Shown piece by piece: positions 8,357-18,542 of a DNA stretch of 64,000 nt (position 1 is the stretch's first letter; each line of letters starts with the position of its first letter). The notes under the pieces were generated by a model. It did no database searches. It was not told the origin of the DNA and worked only from the letters and a program-made list of their open reading frames with translations. A program made the translations under genes and the position numbers. The stretch comes from an uncultured Alphaproteobacteria bacterium (GTDB lineage: Bacteria; Pseudomonadota; Alphaproteobacteria; Sphingomonadales; Sphingomonadaceae), in contig CAWKJG010000001.1 in assembly GCA_963850005.1 (NCBI GenBank), forward strand, positions 351,523 to 415,522, written 5' to 3'.

Positions 8357-11185
8357 ATGGCCGGATCGAACCGCATGCTTCGCCTCGGGGGCGCCTCGCT
8401 CGCTTTGGCAATGGCCCTGGCCGCCACGCCCGCCGCCGCCCAGCCCTCGACGACCGCGCCCGACGAGCCGACCGAGAACGCCTCGACCGCCGCCGCGCAG
8501 AACGACGAGACGATCATCATCACCGGCTCGCGAATCCGCCGCAACCCGCTCGACCAGGACCAGCCGGTCACCTTCCTCGACGAGGCCGACATCGCCCGCA
8601 CCGGCCTCACCTCGGCGGCCGACGTCCTCCAGCGCTTGCCGAGCTCGGGCGGAGCGCTCAACAGCCGGTTCAACAATTCAGGGAATTTCGGCAACCCGCC
8701 CGACGGCGGCGGAGTCGGCGCCGGCTCGGCCGAGGTCGACCTCAGATATCTCGGCTCGAAGCGGGTGCTCGTGCTGGTCGACGGCATTCGCTACGTCAAC
8801 GGCGCCTCGGCGAGCGGAGTGCCCGGAGCCACCGACCTCAACTCGATTCCGGAAAGCATGATCGAGCGGATCGAGGTGCTCCAGGACGGCGCTTCCGCCA
8901 TCTACGGCTCCGACGCCATCGCCGGCGTGGTCAACATCATCAGCAAGAAGAAGCAGGACGGGCTCCAACTCTCCGCCCAGCTCGGGTTGAACCAGGAAGG
9001 CGACGGCTTCACCCGCAACCTCCAGGCCAGCTACGGCCTCTCCGCCAATGACGGTGCCACCAGCCTCGTCGTCGGCGGCAATTGGGTGAAGCAGGGCGGG
9101 ATCAGCTCGGCCGACCGGGAGATTTCGCTCTTTCCGACTCCGGGCACCACGGCTTGCGACGGGTCGTGCAGCTCGGGAACGCCCAACGGCCGTTTCATCC
9201 TGCTCGGCCAGGATTTGACGCTGATCGCTCCGGTCATCGGGCGAAACCCGACCGTCGCGGACTACCGCCCGTTCGCGGGCGCTCCGGATCGCTTCAACTT
9301 CGCGCCGTTCAACTTCATCCAGACCCCGCTCGAACGCTATGGAGTCTTCGCCAACTTTCGGCAGGAGTTCGGCGATTCCGTCGCTCTGTCGCTCAAGGGC
9401 GTGTGGAACCGCCGCAACTCGAAGAACCAGGCGGCGCCTTTGCCTCTGTTCGTCGGCCCCGACGCCGGCAACGGCAATCTGCTCGACACGATCACCATCC
9501 ACTCGACCAACCCGTTCAACCCGTTCGGAGTGACCCTTGCCCCGGGAAACCTCGCCTTCATCGGCCGCCGGGTCGTCGAGGGCGGGCCGCGGCGCTACAA
9601 TCAGAAGGTCGAGACCTTTTACGCCACCGCCACGCTCGACGGGAAGTTCGAGGTCGGCGGGCATGACTGGTATTGGGACGTCAACGCCGCTTACGGCCGC
9701 AACAAGGCCGAGCAGGAGGTCTTCGGCAACGTCAACGCCGCCAACCTCGCCCGGGCGCTCGGCCCCGTCGCCCTGTGCGTCGCGCCCTGCGTCCCGTTCA
9801 ACATTTTCGGAGGGGAGGGGTCGATCACCCAGGCGCAGCTCGATTATGTGAGCTTCGTCCAGGACGATTCCAGCCTTCAGACTCAATGGGACTTCACCGC
9901 CAATCTGACCGGCGAATTGTTCGACCTGCCCGGCGGCCCGATCGGCTTCGCCATCGGAGTCGAGCGCCGCGACCAGAACGGCCGCTTCGATCCCGACACC
10001 ATCGTCGCCCAGGGCCTCGGATCCGACATTCCGGCGCTTCCGACCCGCGGCGGCTTCACCGTCAACGAGGCCTATGCCGAGCTCAGGCTGCCGCTGCTCA
10101 GGGACAGGCCCTTCTTCAACCGCCTCGAGCTGACCGGGGCGGCGCGCTATTCCGATTATTCGACCTTCGGCCCGACGACGACGTTCAAGGCCGGGATCAA
10201 CTGGAAGCCGATCGAGGACCTGCTCTTCCGAGGCAGCTGGTCGGAAGGCTTCCGGGCGCCGTCGATCGGCGAGTTGTTCGGAACCCCGTCGCGCTTCGAC
10301 CAGGAGATCGTCGATCCCTGCTCGGCGGTGAACGGCGCCATCCCGGCCGCGGTCGCCGCCAATTGCATCGCCGACGGAGTCCCGCCCGGCGGCACCTACG
10401 TCCAGGCCAATCCGCAGCTTCCGGTGATCACCGGGGGAAGCCTCACGCTCGATCCGGAGACTTCGGAAAGCTGGGGCTTCGGCGCCGTCTGGAGCCCGAG
10501 CTTCGTGCCCAGGCTCAGCCTCGAGGCCAATTATTTCAACATCAAGGTCGACGGCGCCATCCAGGCGATCGACGCCAAGGTCCTGCTCAGCCGCTGCGCC
10601 GAGAATGCCGACGCCTTCAGCTGCGACGCCATCACCCGCTCGGCCTCGGGCGCGGTGACCCAGATCCGCGGGCTCCTCCAGAACATTGCCGGGATCGAGA
10701 CGGACGGCCTCGACGTCACCTTGAACTACCGCACCGGCGAGACCGGTCTCGGCCGCTTCGGCCTCTACTGGACCAACACCTTCCTGTTCAATTACCGGGT
10801 TGCCGTCCCCGCGACGAACGGAGTGACGATCATCGACCGCGACGGCACCGAGCAGGGCAGCCCCGACCAGGCCTTCCCGAAATGGAAGTCGACCGCGGTG
10901 CTCGACTGGGCGATGAAGGACGGCTTCGCGGCCTCGCTGACCGGCCGCTACATCAAGGGCGTCGACGAGGCCAACGGCAACCATCTGAACTCGCGCCTCT
11001 ACACCGACCTCCAGCTGCGCTGGGAGCCGGAGAATTGGAACGGCTTCGGCTTCGCTCTGGGCGCCAACAATTTGTTCAATTCCGACCCGCCGCCCTGCTT
11101 CACCTGCGGCCTGAACAACCTCGACCCGACCACCTACGACGTGCCGGGCACCTTCTTCTACGCGAAGGTGAGCTGGAAGATGTGA
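8357..11185 (+). CDS. TonB-dependent receptor
   Basis: Signal peptide, TonB box [10 protein letters not shown], plug motifs VLVLVDG..YV and [27 protein letters not shown], aromatic C-terminus [10 protein letters not shown]; start ATG 8357. Confidence 0.95.
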   Translation: MAGSNRMLRLGGASLALAMALAATPAAAQPSTTAPDEPTENASTAAAQNDETIIITGSRIRRNPLDQDQPVTFLDEADIARTGLTSAADVLQRLPSSGGALNSRFNNSGNFGNPPDGGGVGAGSAEVDLRYLGSKRVLVLVDGIRYVNGASASGVPGATDLNSIPESMIERIEVLQDGASAIYGSDAIAGVVNIISKKKQDGLQLSAQLGLNQEGDGFTRNLQASYGLSANDGATSLVVGGNWVKQGGISSADREISLFPTPGTTACDGSCSSGTPNGRFILLGQDLTLIAPVIGRNPTVADYRPFAGAPDRFNFAPFNFIQTPLERYGVFANFRQEFGDSVALSLKGVWNRRNSKNQAAPLPLFVGPDAGNGNLLDTITIHSTNPFNPFGVTLAPGNLAFIGRRVVEGGPRRYNQKVETFYATATLDGKFEVGGHDWYWDVNAAYGRNKAEQEVFGNVNAANLARALGPVALCVAPCVPFNIFGGEGSITQAQLDYVSFVQDDSSLQTQWDFTANLTGELFDLPGGPIGFAIGVERRDQNGRFDPDTIVAQGLGSDIPALPTRGGFTVNEAYAELRLPLLRDRPFFNRLELTGAARYSDYSTFGPTTTFKAGINWKPIEDLLFRGSWSEGFRAPSIGELFGTPSRFDQEIVDPCSAVNGAIPAAVAANCIADGVPPGGTYVQANPQLPVITGGSLTLDPETSESWGFGAVWSPSFVPRLSLEANYFNIKVDGAIQAIDAKVLLSRCAENADAFSCDAITRSASGAVTQIRGLLQNIAGIETDGLDVTLNYRTGETGLGRFGLYWTNTFLFNYRVAVPATNGVTIIDRDGTEQGSPDQAFPKWKSTAVLDWAMKDGFAASLTGRYIKGVDEANGNHLNSRLYTDLQLRWEPENWNGFGFALGANNLFNSDPPPCFTCGLNNLDPTTYDVPGTFFYAKVSWKM

Positions 11186-11225
11186 GGGCATGGGGAGGGG
11201 CCGGCCGCCGCGGTCGCCCCACCCC

Positions 11226-11251
11226 GTCATTCCCGCGAAAGCGGGAATCCA
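11226..11251. repeat. REP palindrome GTCATTCCCGCGAAAGCGGGAATCC
   Basis: Canonical alphaproteobacterial REP hairpin just after the TBDR stop. Confidence 0.8.
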
Positions 11252-11639
11252 TCCGGCCGGGGCGTGAAGACGCCGGGCGTTCGCCGGGATCGGGGTCCGT
11301 GCAGCGCCGGCGACATTCGCCTCGCCCCCCTCGACCTGACATCGCGCGCGGAAGGCCGGCGCTGACCGGGCCTGGTTCACGCAGGCCGTGCTGGCTTGCC
11401 ACCTTGCAGGGGCGGATCAGACGGGGGTCTGCTGTACCGAAAGGGAGAGGGGACATGTACCGGTACCTGTCCCCAATCGGTCCAGAGTATCGAAAAAAAT
11501 GCCTAAAGATCCACGCGGAGAGAAGCGCCCGCAGATGTCTTGGCCCGCGTCGTCATGGTTGCTCGCATCGCCACCGGCGAGATCGAGGGTTTGCGGAGAT
11601 GGAGCTGGTGACAGTCACTCGGAGAGACCAGCCTCCACC

Positions 11640-11942
11640 TTATTTCGGCATCGAGGACCGATCATTGAAGGCGCCGAAGATCGGGTCCCATTCGCGGACG
11701 GCCATATTCTCGATCAGGCGCTCGACCGCGAACGGGTCGGTCGCGATCAGGGCGTCGAGGGCGGCGCGGTCAGGCGCGGCCATGATCAGGAGGGCGGCTT
11801 TGACGGGCGAGCCGGTGAACGGGCCGGAGGCGAGCAGAGAGCCGTCCGCGAGGCGCTCCTGCAGCCACGCGACGTGGGGCATGACGTGTTGCCTCCAGCC
11901 CTCGTCGTCGGGATGCTCGTAGGTCACGACATAGAGCGGCAT
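11640..11942 (-). CDS. YciI family protein
   Basis: MPLYVVTY.H....RQHVMPHVAWL...LLASGP...AALLIM...IATDPF. Confidence 0.85.
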   Translation of the reverse strand: MPLYVVTYEHPDDEGWRQHVMPHVAWLQERLADGSLLASGPFTGSPVKAALLIMAAPDRAALDALIATDPFAVERLIENMAVREWDPIFGAFNDRSSMPK

Positions 11943-12147
11943 AAAGCTGGCCTCTTCTGGACGATGGGAAATAGGGACATTATCCATTTTCCGGTGGCCG
12001 CGCGCCCGGAAGGAAGCGCGAAATGGATGCCGTCCCAATTTTTCCGCTGAGCACGAAGACACGCTCCACATCGGAAAATCGCGATTTCGGTGCCAGGCAC
12101 CAAGGTTCAAGTCGTTGGTTTTGGCTTGCAGGCGGTGGATTTCAAAT

Positions 12148-12176
12148 CGGATCGGCGGATCGGCGGATCGGCGGAT
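12148..12176. repeat. short tandem repeat (GGATCGGC)x3
   Basis: cggatcggcggatcggcggatcggcggat in intergenic DNA. Confidence 0.6.
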
Positions 12177-12432
12177 TGGAGGACGCGCTTGCGCGCGCCG
12201 CCCCCGGCCCCTCCCTTTCAAAGAGGAGGGGTGGTTCGGGCGAGTCGCGGCGAATTATTTTTGGCTCGAAAAGTAGAAATCCGGAATTGCGTCGCACTTT
12301 CAGAAGCCAAGCTACTGAAAAATAGGATCTTATTCTCTGTTCTATTTATGTTCTAGTCTCAGGATGGACTTGGGGCGTGGAAATGGGGGCGGCGGGCGGA
12401 CGGGCGGGAATGCGCCGGTGACGGCGTATGCG

Positions 12433-12717
12433 ATGGGGGAATATGTCGTGCTTCGCGCCGCCGATTTCAGGCTCCCGGTCGAGCTGGTCCACGCCAAAGG
12501 GAGCAAGGCGGCGCGCGCCGAGCCGGTCGCCCTTCGCTTCGAGACCGGCCGGGCGAAGCTGGCCGGCGCCTTTCCCGAGCTCGAGGACGAGCTTTGCGCG
12601 CTCACTTATGCCGGCTTCGAGAACTCCTCCAACTCCCCCGACCGGGCCGACGCGATGGTCTGGGCGATGAGCGCGCTGCTTGAGCAAAGGCCGGAGCTCC
12701 GGATCAGGCGGCTGTGA
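12433..12717 (+). pseudogene. C-terminal fragment of a GTA/phage terminase large subunit
   Basis: VLRAAD..LPVELVHA..SKAARAEPVA..FE.GR....G.FPELEDELC......SPDRADAMVWA matches the Terminase_6C tail of GTA-type terminases; no ATPase domain upstream. Confidence 0.75.
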
Positions 12718-12747
12718 TTCCCCTCCCTGGAAGGGAAGGGGAGTCTG

Positions 12748-13806
12748 TCAGCCGAGGCTTCGGGCGAGGAGGGGGCCGAGGCGGTTGGCCAGCGGCAGCG
12801 GCAGTCGGCGCCAAGCGGCGGCCTGGAGGCGGTAGCGGGGGCTGCGCGGGTCGAGCTCGCGGGGGGCGCCCTTGGTCGCATAGGTGAGGGGCTTGGGCTC
12901 GAAGCCCCAATTCTTCTTGAACGCATAAGCCCCGGTGCCGAGCTTGGAACGGCCGAAGTCGAAGCCGGTGCAGCCGCGGGCCGAAGCGCGGCGCATAAGC
13001 GAGAAATAGAGGAGGTCGTTGGCGCGAAGGGCTCGGGCCTCGCGGGTGCCGCCGCCCCAATAAGGATGGACGATCCCCTTGAAATAGAGGCTGAGCACCG
13101 CCGCGACCGGCCTGCCCTCCGAGCGGACCGTGACGATGTCGCAATCCTCGCCATATTCCCGGGCCATCGCCTCGAACAGGGTGCGCGGGAAGACCGGAGT
13201 GCCGAGGTTGCGGACGCTTTCGGCATAGACACGATAATGGTCGTCCTGCGCTTGGCCGCCGCGGCCCTGGTCGACCTCGAGCCCCAGCCTGAGCGAGCGC
13301 CGGACCTCGGCGCGCTGCTTGCGCGGGATCGATTGCATTATGGCGTCGTCGCTCCCGGGCAGATCGCGGAGGAAGCCGGCATAAACGCCCTCCTCGCGCC
13401 GCCAGCCCTCGGGAAGCCGGCCGCCCCGGAGCGTGGCCGAGGGACAGCCCTCCCGCTCCGCCAGCGACCAGGCGGCGGCGCCCAGGGCCTCGACCGCGGC
13501 GGCGGTTGCGGCGACGATCCCGCCGCCGACCCCGAAGCCGGCCGACACCAAAGCCGAGCCGAAGAGCGGCGAGCGGATCCGGGTGAGCGGAAGCAGGCCC
13601 GCGAGCCGCCCGGCCGGGTCTTCGGCGAGGAGATAGCGTGCCGACTGGCCGGTCCCGCGCTCGACCGCTCTCGTCCAGCCCGGGCGATGGAAGAGCTCGG
13701 CTTCGGGATGATCGGCGACGAAGCCGTCGATCCTCCGGCATTCCTTCGGGTCGTCCAGATCCGCGAGCCGGACGCTGAACCCGGCGAAATGGGCGACGAG
13801 GTTCAA
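12748..13806 (-). CDS. FemAB family GNAT protein (XrtA/PEP-CTERM system-associated type)
   Basis: FHRPGW, LLPLT.IRSPLFGSALVS.GF.VGGG, IPRKQRAEVR, YAESVRNLGTPVF, PYWGGG, ANDLLYF.LM, FDFGRSK.GTGAYAFKKNWGF; start uncertain (TTG 13806). Confidence 0.88.
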   Translation of the reverse strand: MNLVAHFAGFSVRLADLDDPKECRRIDGFVADHPEAELFHRPGWTRAVERGTGQSARYLLAEDPAGRLAGLLPLTRIRSPLFGSALVSAGFGVGGGIVAATAAAVEALGAAAWSLAEREGCPSATLRGGRLPEGWRREEGVYAGFLRDLPGSDDAIMQSIPRKQRAEVRRSLRLGLEVDQGRGGQAQDDHYRVYAESVRNLGTPVFPRTLFEAMAREYGEDCDIVTVRSEGRPVAAVLSLYFKGIVHPYWGGGTREARALRANDLLYFSLMRRASARGCTGFDFGRSKLGTGAYAFKKNWGFEPKPLTYATKGAPRELDPRSPRYRLQAAAWRRLPLPLANRLGPLLARSLG

Positions 13807-13999
13807 GAGCTCGCAATAGAGTTCGAGCTCGATCAGGATGGCAGCGAACATGGCGCCGGGCCTCCGCCCCGGGGGTCGAAAAGGTTGAGGCGCAAGGACA
13901 TGCCCGAAAATCCTTAGCAATTCTCCCAACGCGGGGCTTGGAACGAAGGGGGCCGCTTCTCATTTTACAGCCAAGGCTTTGATCGACGGGAGCTTCGCC

Positions 14000-14269
14000 A
14001 TGGCGGGCGGATGGGCGCGCGACGGCGCCGTTCAGGACCAGATCGACGATACCGTCAAGGATGCGGTGCTGAGCGCCCGGGCGCGGCTTCCGGCGGGGGA
14101 GGGCTCCGAATATTGCGAGGATTGCGGCGAGCCCATCCCCGAGCGCCGCCGCGAGGCGCTTCCCGGAACCCGGACCTGCGTCGCCTGCCAGTCGGAGCGC
14201 GATGACGAGGCGCGGCGCTCGGGCGCCGGGATCAACCGGCGGGGAAGCAAGGACAGCCAGCTTCGGTGA
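14000..14269 (+). CDS. DksA/TraR family C4 zinc-finger protein (YbiI-like)
   Basis: MAGGWARDGAVQDQID, CEDC..PIPERRR.ALPG.RTCVACQ, RRGSKDSQLR. Confidence 0.92.
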   Translation: MAGGWARDGAVQDQIDDTVKDAVLSARARLPAGEGSEYCEDCGEPIPERRREALPGTRTCVACQSERDDEARRSGAGINRRGSKDSQLR

Positions 14270-14359
14270 ACGTCAGCGCCGGCCGCGCTGTCCGGAATCG
14301 CCGCTACGCGGGCGGCTAACGGAGTCGCGCAGGAGGCGCCGCAACTGATCGGCGCAGGG

Positions 14360-14364
14360 GCACG
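14360..14364 (+). repeat. target-site duplication GCACG (left copy)
   Basis: GCACG immediately before TGT at 14365; identical to 47203-47207. Confidence 0.9.
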
Positions 14365-14495
14365 TGTCAGTCCGCCCATAAGGCGTCATCAACCTAATGT
14401 AAATTCAACCACTTAGGCTGGTGAACGAGATCTGCCCTGTCATTTCGCTGCCCAAAAGCTGTCATTTGCTGACAGAATAGGCCCATAAGGTGTCT
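14365..14495 (+). repeat. transposon left end with three spaced TnsB-type sites
   Basis: TGTCAGTC-CG-CCCATAAGGCGTCA (14375-14388), CCCAAAAGCTGTCA (14451-14464), CCCATAAGGTGTCT (14482-14495). Confidence 0.85.
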
Positions 14496-14532
14496 TCCGT
14501 CGCCACGACGTCGATAACCACTAAAGCGATGT

Positions 14533-15573
14533 CTAGGCCGCCGCACCCGTCTCAGAGGGAAAGAGTTTGGGCAGCAACGTAATGATAGACAAGGCGGCCG
14601 GCGATCCTTTCGCCGCATGGCCCAGAAGCTTTTGAAACGCGAGTTTCGGCGGAGCATTGCCCAACCCAGTCTCAATGCCGTCGAGCTGCGGCGCGAGTGC
14701 TACCTGCTCCGTAGCGAAAACGACCAACGTCCGCAGACCATCTCGAATGATGCCGTCGAGCCTGAGGATCAATGGGTCATCTACTTCAGGCGTGACGTTT
14801 ACGTCGCCGTGCGCGACCTGGTTGCGAAGGCCACGGGCGCCACTGGGGCTGTCCAGAAACGCTGCGACCGCCGCTTGGTCTGGCTCGCGGCTGACCAAAG
14901 CTGCAGCAGTACCAAGCGTCACTCGCGGTGTGGGCCTGTTCTGCTTCCGATATTCGCCGAAGACGGCTTCGAGTGCGGAAAAGAGAAAGGCGAGCTTCTG
15001 TGCGCCCGACAGGCCGTATCCGTAGGAAAAACCGAAACTGCGCAGGGCCAGCATAACACCGGGATCACTAGCGGCGAACAGGTGCTCGAGTCGTAGATGA
15101 AGGAAGTTTATATCAGCGAGATCGTCAGCTTCGATCCGATATCGCGGCTCTGCGGGAAACTCCAGGAGGCGAGGGCCATAAGGGCCCGGTCGGCGAGAGT
15201 TGAGCTCTTTGACCCGCAGGTACCGAGTAGATAAGCGGGGGTCGATGGCTTGTCCCGCTTTGTGAATACGCATCGCAGCTACGAGCACCAGGAGCTCGCG
15301 TTCGCAGACGCTCTGGACATATTCAGCGGTGTGGCCGGCGACTTCCTCTTCGGTCAGGTTCACGCTGAAGAAAACGTGCTCGGCTTTATGGAATTCGCCG
15401 TACAGCCGAAATGCGTCTTCTTTGTGCTCGATCATGATCCAATCGCGCCACGAGATCCGCTGAAGCCACAAGCCAGCCACCTGCATTACAGGATCGGCAA
15501 GCTCGACGCCGGGCAGGTGAAAGACGGCCAGGAAGGCTGGGTATCCAGCACCGATGGACGGCGGCTCTGTCAT
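14533..15573 (-). CDS. ApeA-like HEPN domain protein
   Basis: LAFLFSALEAVFG...GLRNQVAHGD (R-x4-H HEPN motif). Confidence 0.75.
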   Translation of the reverse strand: MTEPPSIGAGYPAFLAVFHLPGVELADPVMQVAGLWLQRISWRDWIMIEHKEDAFRLYGEFHKAEHVFFSVNLTEEEVAGHTAEYVQSVCERELLVLVAAMRIHKAGQAIDPRLSTRYLRVKELNSRRPGPYGPRLLEFPAEPRYRIEADDLADINFLHLRLEHLFAASDPGVMLALRSFGFSYGYGLSGAQKLAFLFSALEAVFGEYRKQNRPTPRVTLGTAAALVSREPDQAAVAAFLDSPSGARGLRNQVAHGDVNVTPEVDDPLILRLDGIIRDGLRTLVVFATEQVALAPQLDGIETGLGNAPPKLAFQKLLGHAAKGSPAALSIITLLPKLFPSETGAAA

Positions 15574-16628
15574 AGCGGAGGTCCAGCCGGCGCGCCGATC
15601 AGCATCGCTGGAATCGTCAGGGTGGCGCGTGCTGTCTCAAGTTCAGCACGCAGTTCGACAAGGCGCGTCGGGCAATCAGCAGTATTGCGGGAGACGTGGA
15701 GAATTCGGATCATGGCTCGCGCCAAAGCACGGCGAGTCCAGCGCCAAAGAACCAAGGCTTGCGCCCCGGCTTGAGGGGTCTGGGCACAGTCCCGGCCGTG
15801 CAGGGCATCACTGCGCAGGGTATAGATGGTCTGAAGCATTGCGCGTAGAGGAGCGATCTCGGAGGGTTCGCTGGCTAACAGGCCCGCCCCACGCTCCACG
15901 AAAGCGGCCGTTACCCCCGAGGTGACGTCTGCCAAGAGAATTGCTTCTAGCGCTATGGCGGAATGCATCAATCCATCGATAGGCTCGAAGTCGGGCAGCG
16001 CGGTCGATCCTAATGTGGCAAGGGCCTGCGCGAACTCTCCTAGCCGGGCAGCGGGCTTCGCTGCGGTCACTATCGCGAGAATGCTTGCAATTTTTTCAAC
16101 GTCATTTTTGGAGAGGAAAAGCTCCGGCCGATTGTCCAATATCGCACGGCGTTCTAAGCGCCCTACTGTCCGGGAAGTATTCTTACCGTCTGACACATAA
16201 CTGATCGATTCTTCTATCGACCGCGTAGGGGCGCTAGACATCAGCGTGAGTGCGAGCCGAAGCTCATTGGCCGCCTCGATACCGGCTTCCAGCGCGGGAA
16301 CCGCGACTGCATCCCAGCGAGCTTGTTTCGCCTCTAGGGTGGCATAGATGGAGGCCGCATCAGACGGGTTGCCGTCATCTGGTGCGCGTTCTTCGTAGGT
16401 TGCTGCGTTAAGGCGGACGTAGAAAGAAGGCTCCATCAACTCGAATGCACGCTGTCTCTTCTCCGAAATCTCGCGATCAATCTCCGCCCACTCTTCGTAT
16501 TTGAGCACACGCAGGACGCCACCTGCATATGGGATTTCGACGTCTTTGCTGAGCCGCGTATCCGGGATGTGAATGAATACGTTCAATGGAATGTTGGACG
16601 AGCTGGCCATAAATCGCACAACTATCAT
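15570..16628 (-). CDS. ApeA-like HEPN domain protein
   Basis: HSAIALEAILL...IYTLRSDALHGR (R-x4-H); ATGA overlap with the next gene. Confidence 0.78.
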   Translation of the reverse strand: MIVVRFMASSSNIPLNVFIHIPDTRLSKDVEIPYAGGVLRVLKYEEWAEIDREISEKRQRAFELMEPSFYVRLNAATYEERAPDDGNPSDAASIYATLEAKQARWDAVAVPALEAGIEAANELRLALTLMSSAPTRSIEESISYVSDGKNTSRTVGRLERRAILDNRPELFLSKNDVEKIASILAIVTAAKPAARLGEFAQALATLGSTALPDFEPIDGLMHSAIALEAILLADVTSGVTAAFVERGAGLLASEPSEIAPLRAMLQTIYTLRSDALHGRDCAQTPQAGAQALVLWRWTRRALARAMIRILHVSRNTADCPTRLVELRAELETARATLTIPAMLIGAPAGPPL

Positions 16629-16861
16629 AACGCCTGCGATGATCGCACCCCCGCTACCCCTAAGTGCAACAGGTGCTTATAAATGGCGTCGTCGCGCGGT
16701 TCGGCCGATGTTTCGCCTTGATGGCGCGCCTAGCGCGTGCGCACCGCGGAGCTCGACGCCGCTCGGTGAAACCGCGTGGAGTCTCGGGCGAGGATTTCTG
16801 ACGTGGCCTGAAGGGGAGGGATTTCCCCATAGCTGGTCCTCCAGACTTGGAGGAACAGACG

Positions 16862-17584
16862 ATGACCTATTATACTCCCATCATGGCGCTCGGCGATCGC
16901 GTGAAGAAGCTCCGGAAAGAGCGAGCAATGACCCAGGAAGACTTGGTCGCGCGCTCCGGCCTTGGGCTCACCACCATCCAGCGCGCGGAGCGAGGCGAGC
17001 GGCTATCGGCCGAAACAATCGCGTCGCTCGCTGCTGCATTCGACCTCGAGGCGACAGACCTGACCTGCTCGGAATCCGCGCCGGACGACCAGCCATATTT
17101 GCCGCTGGAAACAATTCGTACCGGCCGCCAGCTCGTCGCCCTCATCGGGCGTAGCGAAACACTCGATTTCGGCTTCGTCGAACTGAACGATCTTGCCCAG
17201 GCCGAACTTATCGAGCAGCTACAGGCCTGGTGCTCGCCGCTCGGGCCGGGCCGCATCCCCTCGGGAGCCGTCGCGCAGGTAAAGCTCGAGCTTGAGGCAA
17301 CGCAGCTGCTGAAAGCCCTGGCCGAGCGCAGCCTGACGGTGACAGGCGCTGCCTTCAGCGTCACCGCCTACGACGTCGACGACGATTGCGGCGCGGGGCA
17401 GCCCATCCTGATGGGCCAGTGCGAATATATCTGCGCGGTGCTGCGAGTTGGCACGCAGGAGAAGATGGTCGATCGCGCCTACGTAATGGACAGCCTCGGC
17501 AAATGGGAGAATCCTGGACCTGAAGTCGTCTTTCCCCCGCAGTGCGACACGCTGGAGGACTGGCTGCGCGGCTTGGAGCGCTGA
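16862..17584 (+). CDS. XRE-family HTH protein with uncharacterised C-terminal domain
   Basis: LGDRVKKLRKERAMTQEDLVARSGLGLTTIQRAERG; about 170-aa extra C-terminus. Confidence 0.85.
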   Translation: MTYYTPIMALGDRVKKLRKERAMTQEDLVARSGLGLTTIQRAERGERLSAETIASLAAAFDLEATDLTCSESAPDDQPYLPLETIRTGRQLVALIGRSETLDFGFVELNDLAQAELIEQLQAWCSPLGPGRIPSGAVAQVKLELEATQLLKALAERSLTVTGAAFSVTAYDVDDDCGAGQPILMGQCEYICAVLRVGTQEKMVDRAYVMDSLGKWENPGPEVVFPPQCDTLEDWLRGLER

Positions 17585-17612
17585 TGAAAAGGTGTCGACA
17601 GCGGCTGGGCGA

Positions 17613-18536
17613 TTAGCGTCGCTCTGCTGCTTCCAGCAGGCAGGATCCCGGCCCGCTCATCGCGCGCAGCAGCGTATAGCCGTTGCTTTGGAGATCGCGG
17701 ATCTCGTTTAGCATGTCGTGGTATTGGAGGACGACATGGCCGGCGCCGACTTGGGCCATCTCGACGTTCGCACGCAGATCCTCGACCATCAGCCCTTCGC
17801 AGAAGTCGGATAAGGCTGACCGGCCGAAAGGTAATTCTTCCAATCCGCCGAGGCAGGGAGTGCCAATGTCCATACGCGCACGTCCGCAGGCGATGCCTTT
17901 TTCGAGTGGGACGGTCGCAAAGCCGATGAAGCTGGAATCGCCGCGGCCGAGGATCAGTGACGCCATCTCAAGGTGGTCGAGGGGCCCTCGCCAATACCCT
18001 GACCTTTCCATGACTCGCTTCAGCTTGGCGATCGCCGGCATCCGGAAATCGAAGGCGGAATCGAAGATGTTTCTGGCCTCAGGCTTCAGAAAGCCACTCA
18101 TCACGAATGGCTCGTCGGAGGGAATCTCCCCCGCTTCTCGCATCCGCCGGAACTCGCCGCTCAGGAACCAGACATGGACCAGATATTGGAGGAAGGACAT
18201 GCCGCGCTGGGTCCGGCCGAGCTGTGTCTCATCGACCCTGAATAGTGCCAGGTTCGCGGCAATCGCGATCATGTTCTTTTTCGCATCGTGTCTCGCGTCG
18301 TGACCGCCGCCGTCGAACTCGATGACGAACTGTGGAATCTGATCCTCGTCGCAGACGCAGATGTCGAAGTGGGCCTGTAAAGCGTAGGTGCCGATGGAAC
18401 GGGTCGGTAGTGCGTCGATGTTGATAACATCTGCGATCCGGACCTTGCGGTAAATTTCGGCGCGGTATCCGCCGACCGTGCCGACGATTTCTTCATAGAG
18501 ACGTTGTTCGCTGAGGTTCGAGAGGCGCCTCTTCAT
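17613..18536 (-). CDS. DUF2726 (restriction-endonuclease-like) domain protein
   Basis: KVRIADVI...HFDICVCD....PQFVIEFDGGGH; starts 6 bp after the hamB stop. Confidence 0.8.
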   Translation of the reverse strand: MKRRLSNLSEQRLYEEIVGTVGGYRAEIYRKVRIADVINIDALPTRSIGTYALQAHFDICVCDEDQIPQFVIEFDGGGHDARHDAKKNMIAIAANLALFRVDETQLGRTQRGMSFLQYLVHVWFLSGEFRRMREAGEIPSDEPFVMSGFLKPEARNIFDSAFDFRMPAIAKLKRVMERSGYWRGPLDHLEMASLILGRGDSSFIGFATVPLEKGIACGRARMDIGTPCLGGLEELPFGRSALSDFCEGLMVEDLRANVEMAQVGAGHVVLQYHDMLNEIRDLQSNGYTLLRAMSGPGSCLLEAAERR

Positions 18537-18542
18537 GGCCGG

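Noticed and set aside
12148-12176. CRISPR-like or functional repeat
   Set aside because: Only an 8-bp tandem repeat with no spacers
14270-14400. Integrase-type island with tRNA 3'-end attL/attR duplication
   Set aside because: No copy of the tRNA-Asn 3' end at the left boundary and no tyrosine/serine integrase; boundaries are explained by TGT/ACA ends and a 5-bp TSD
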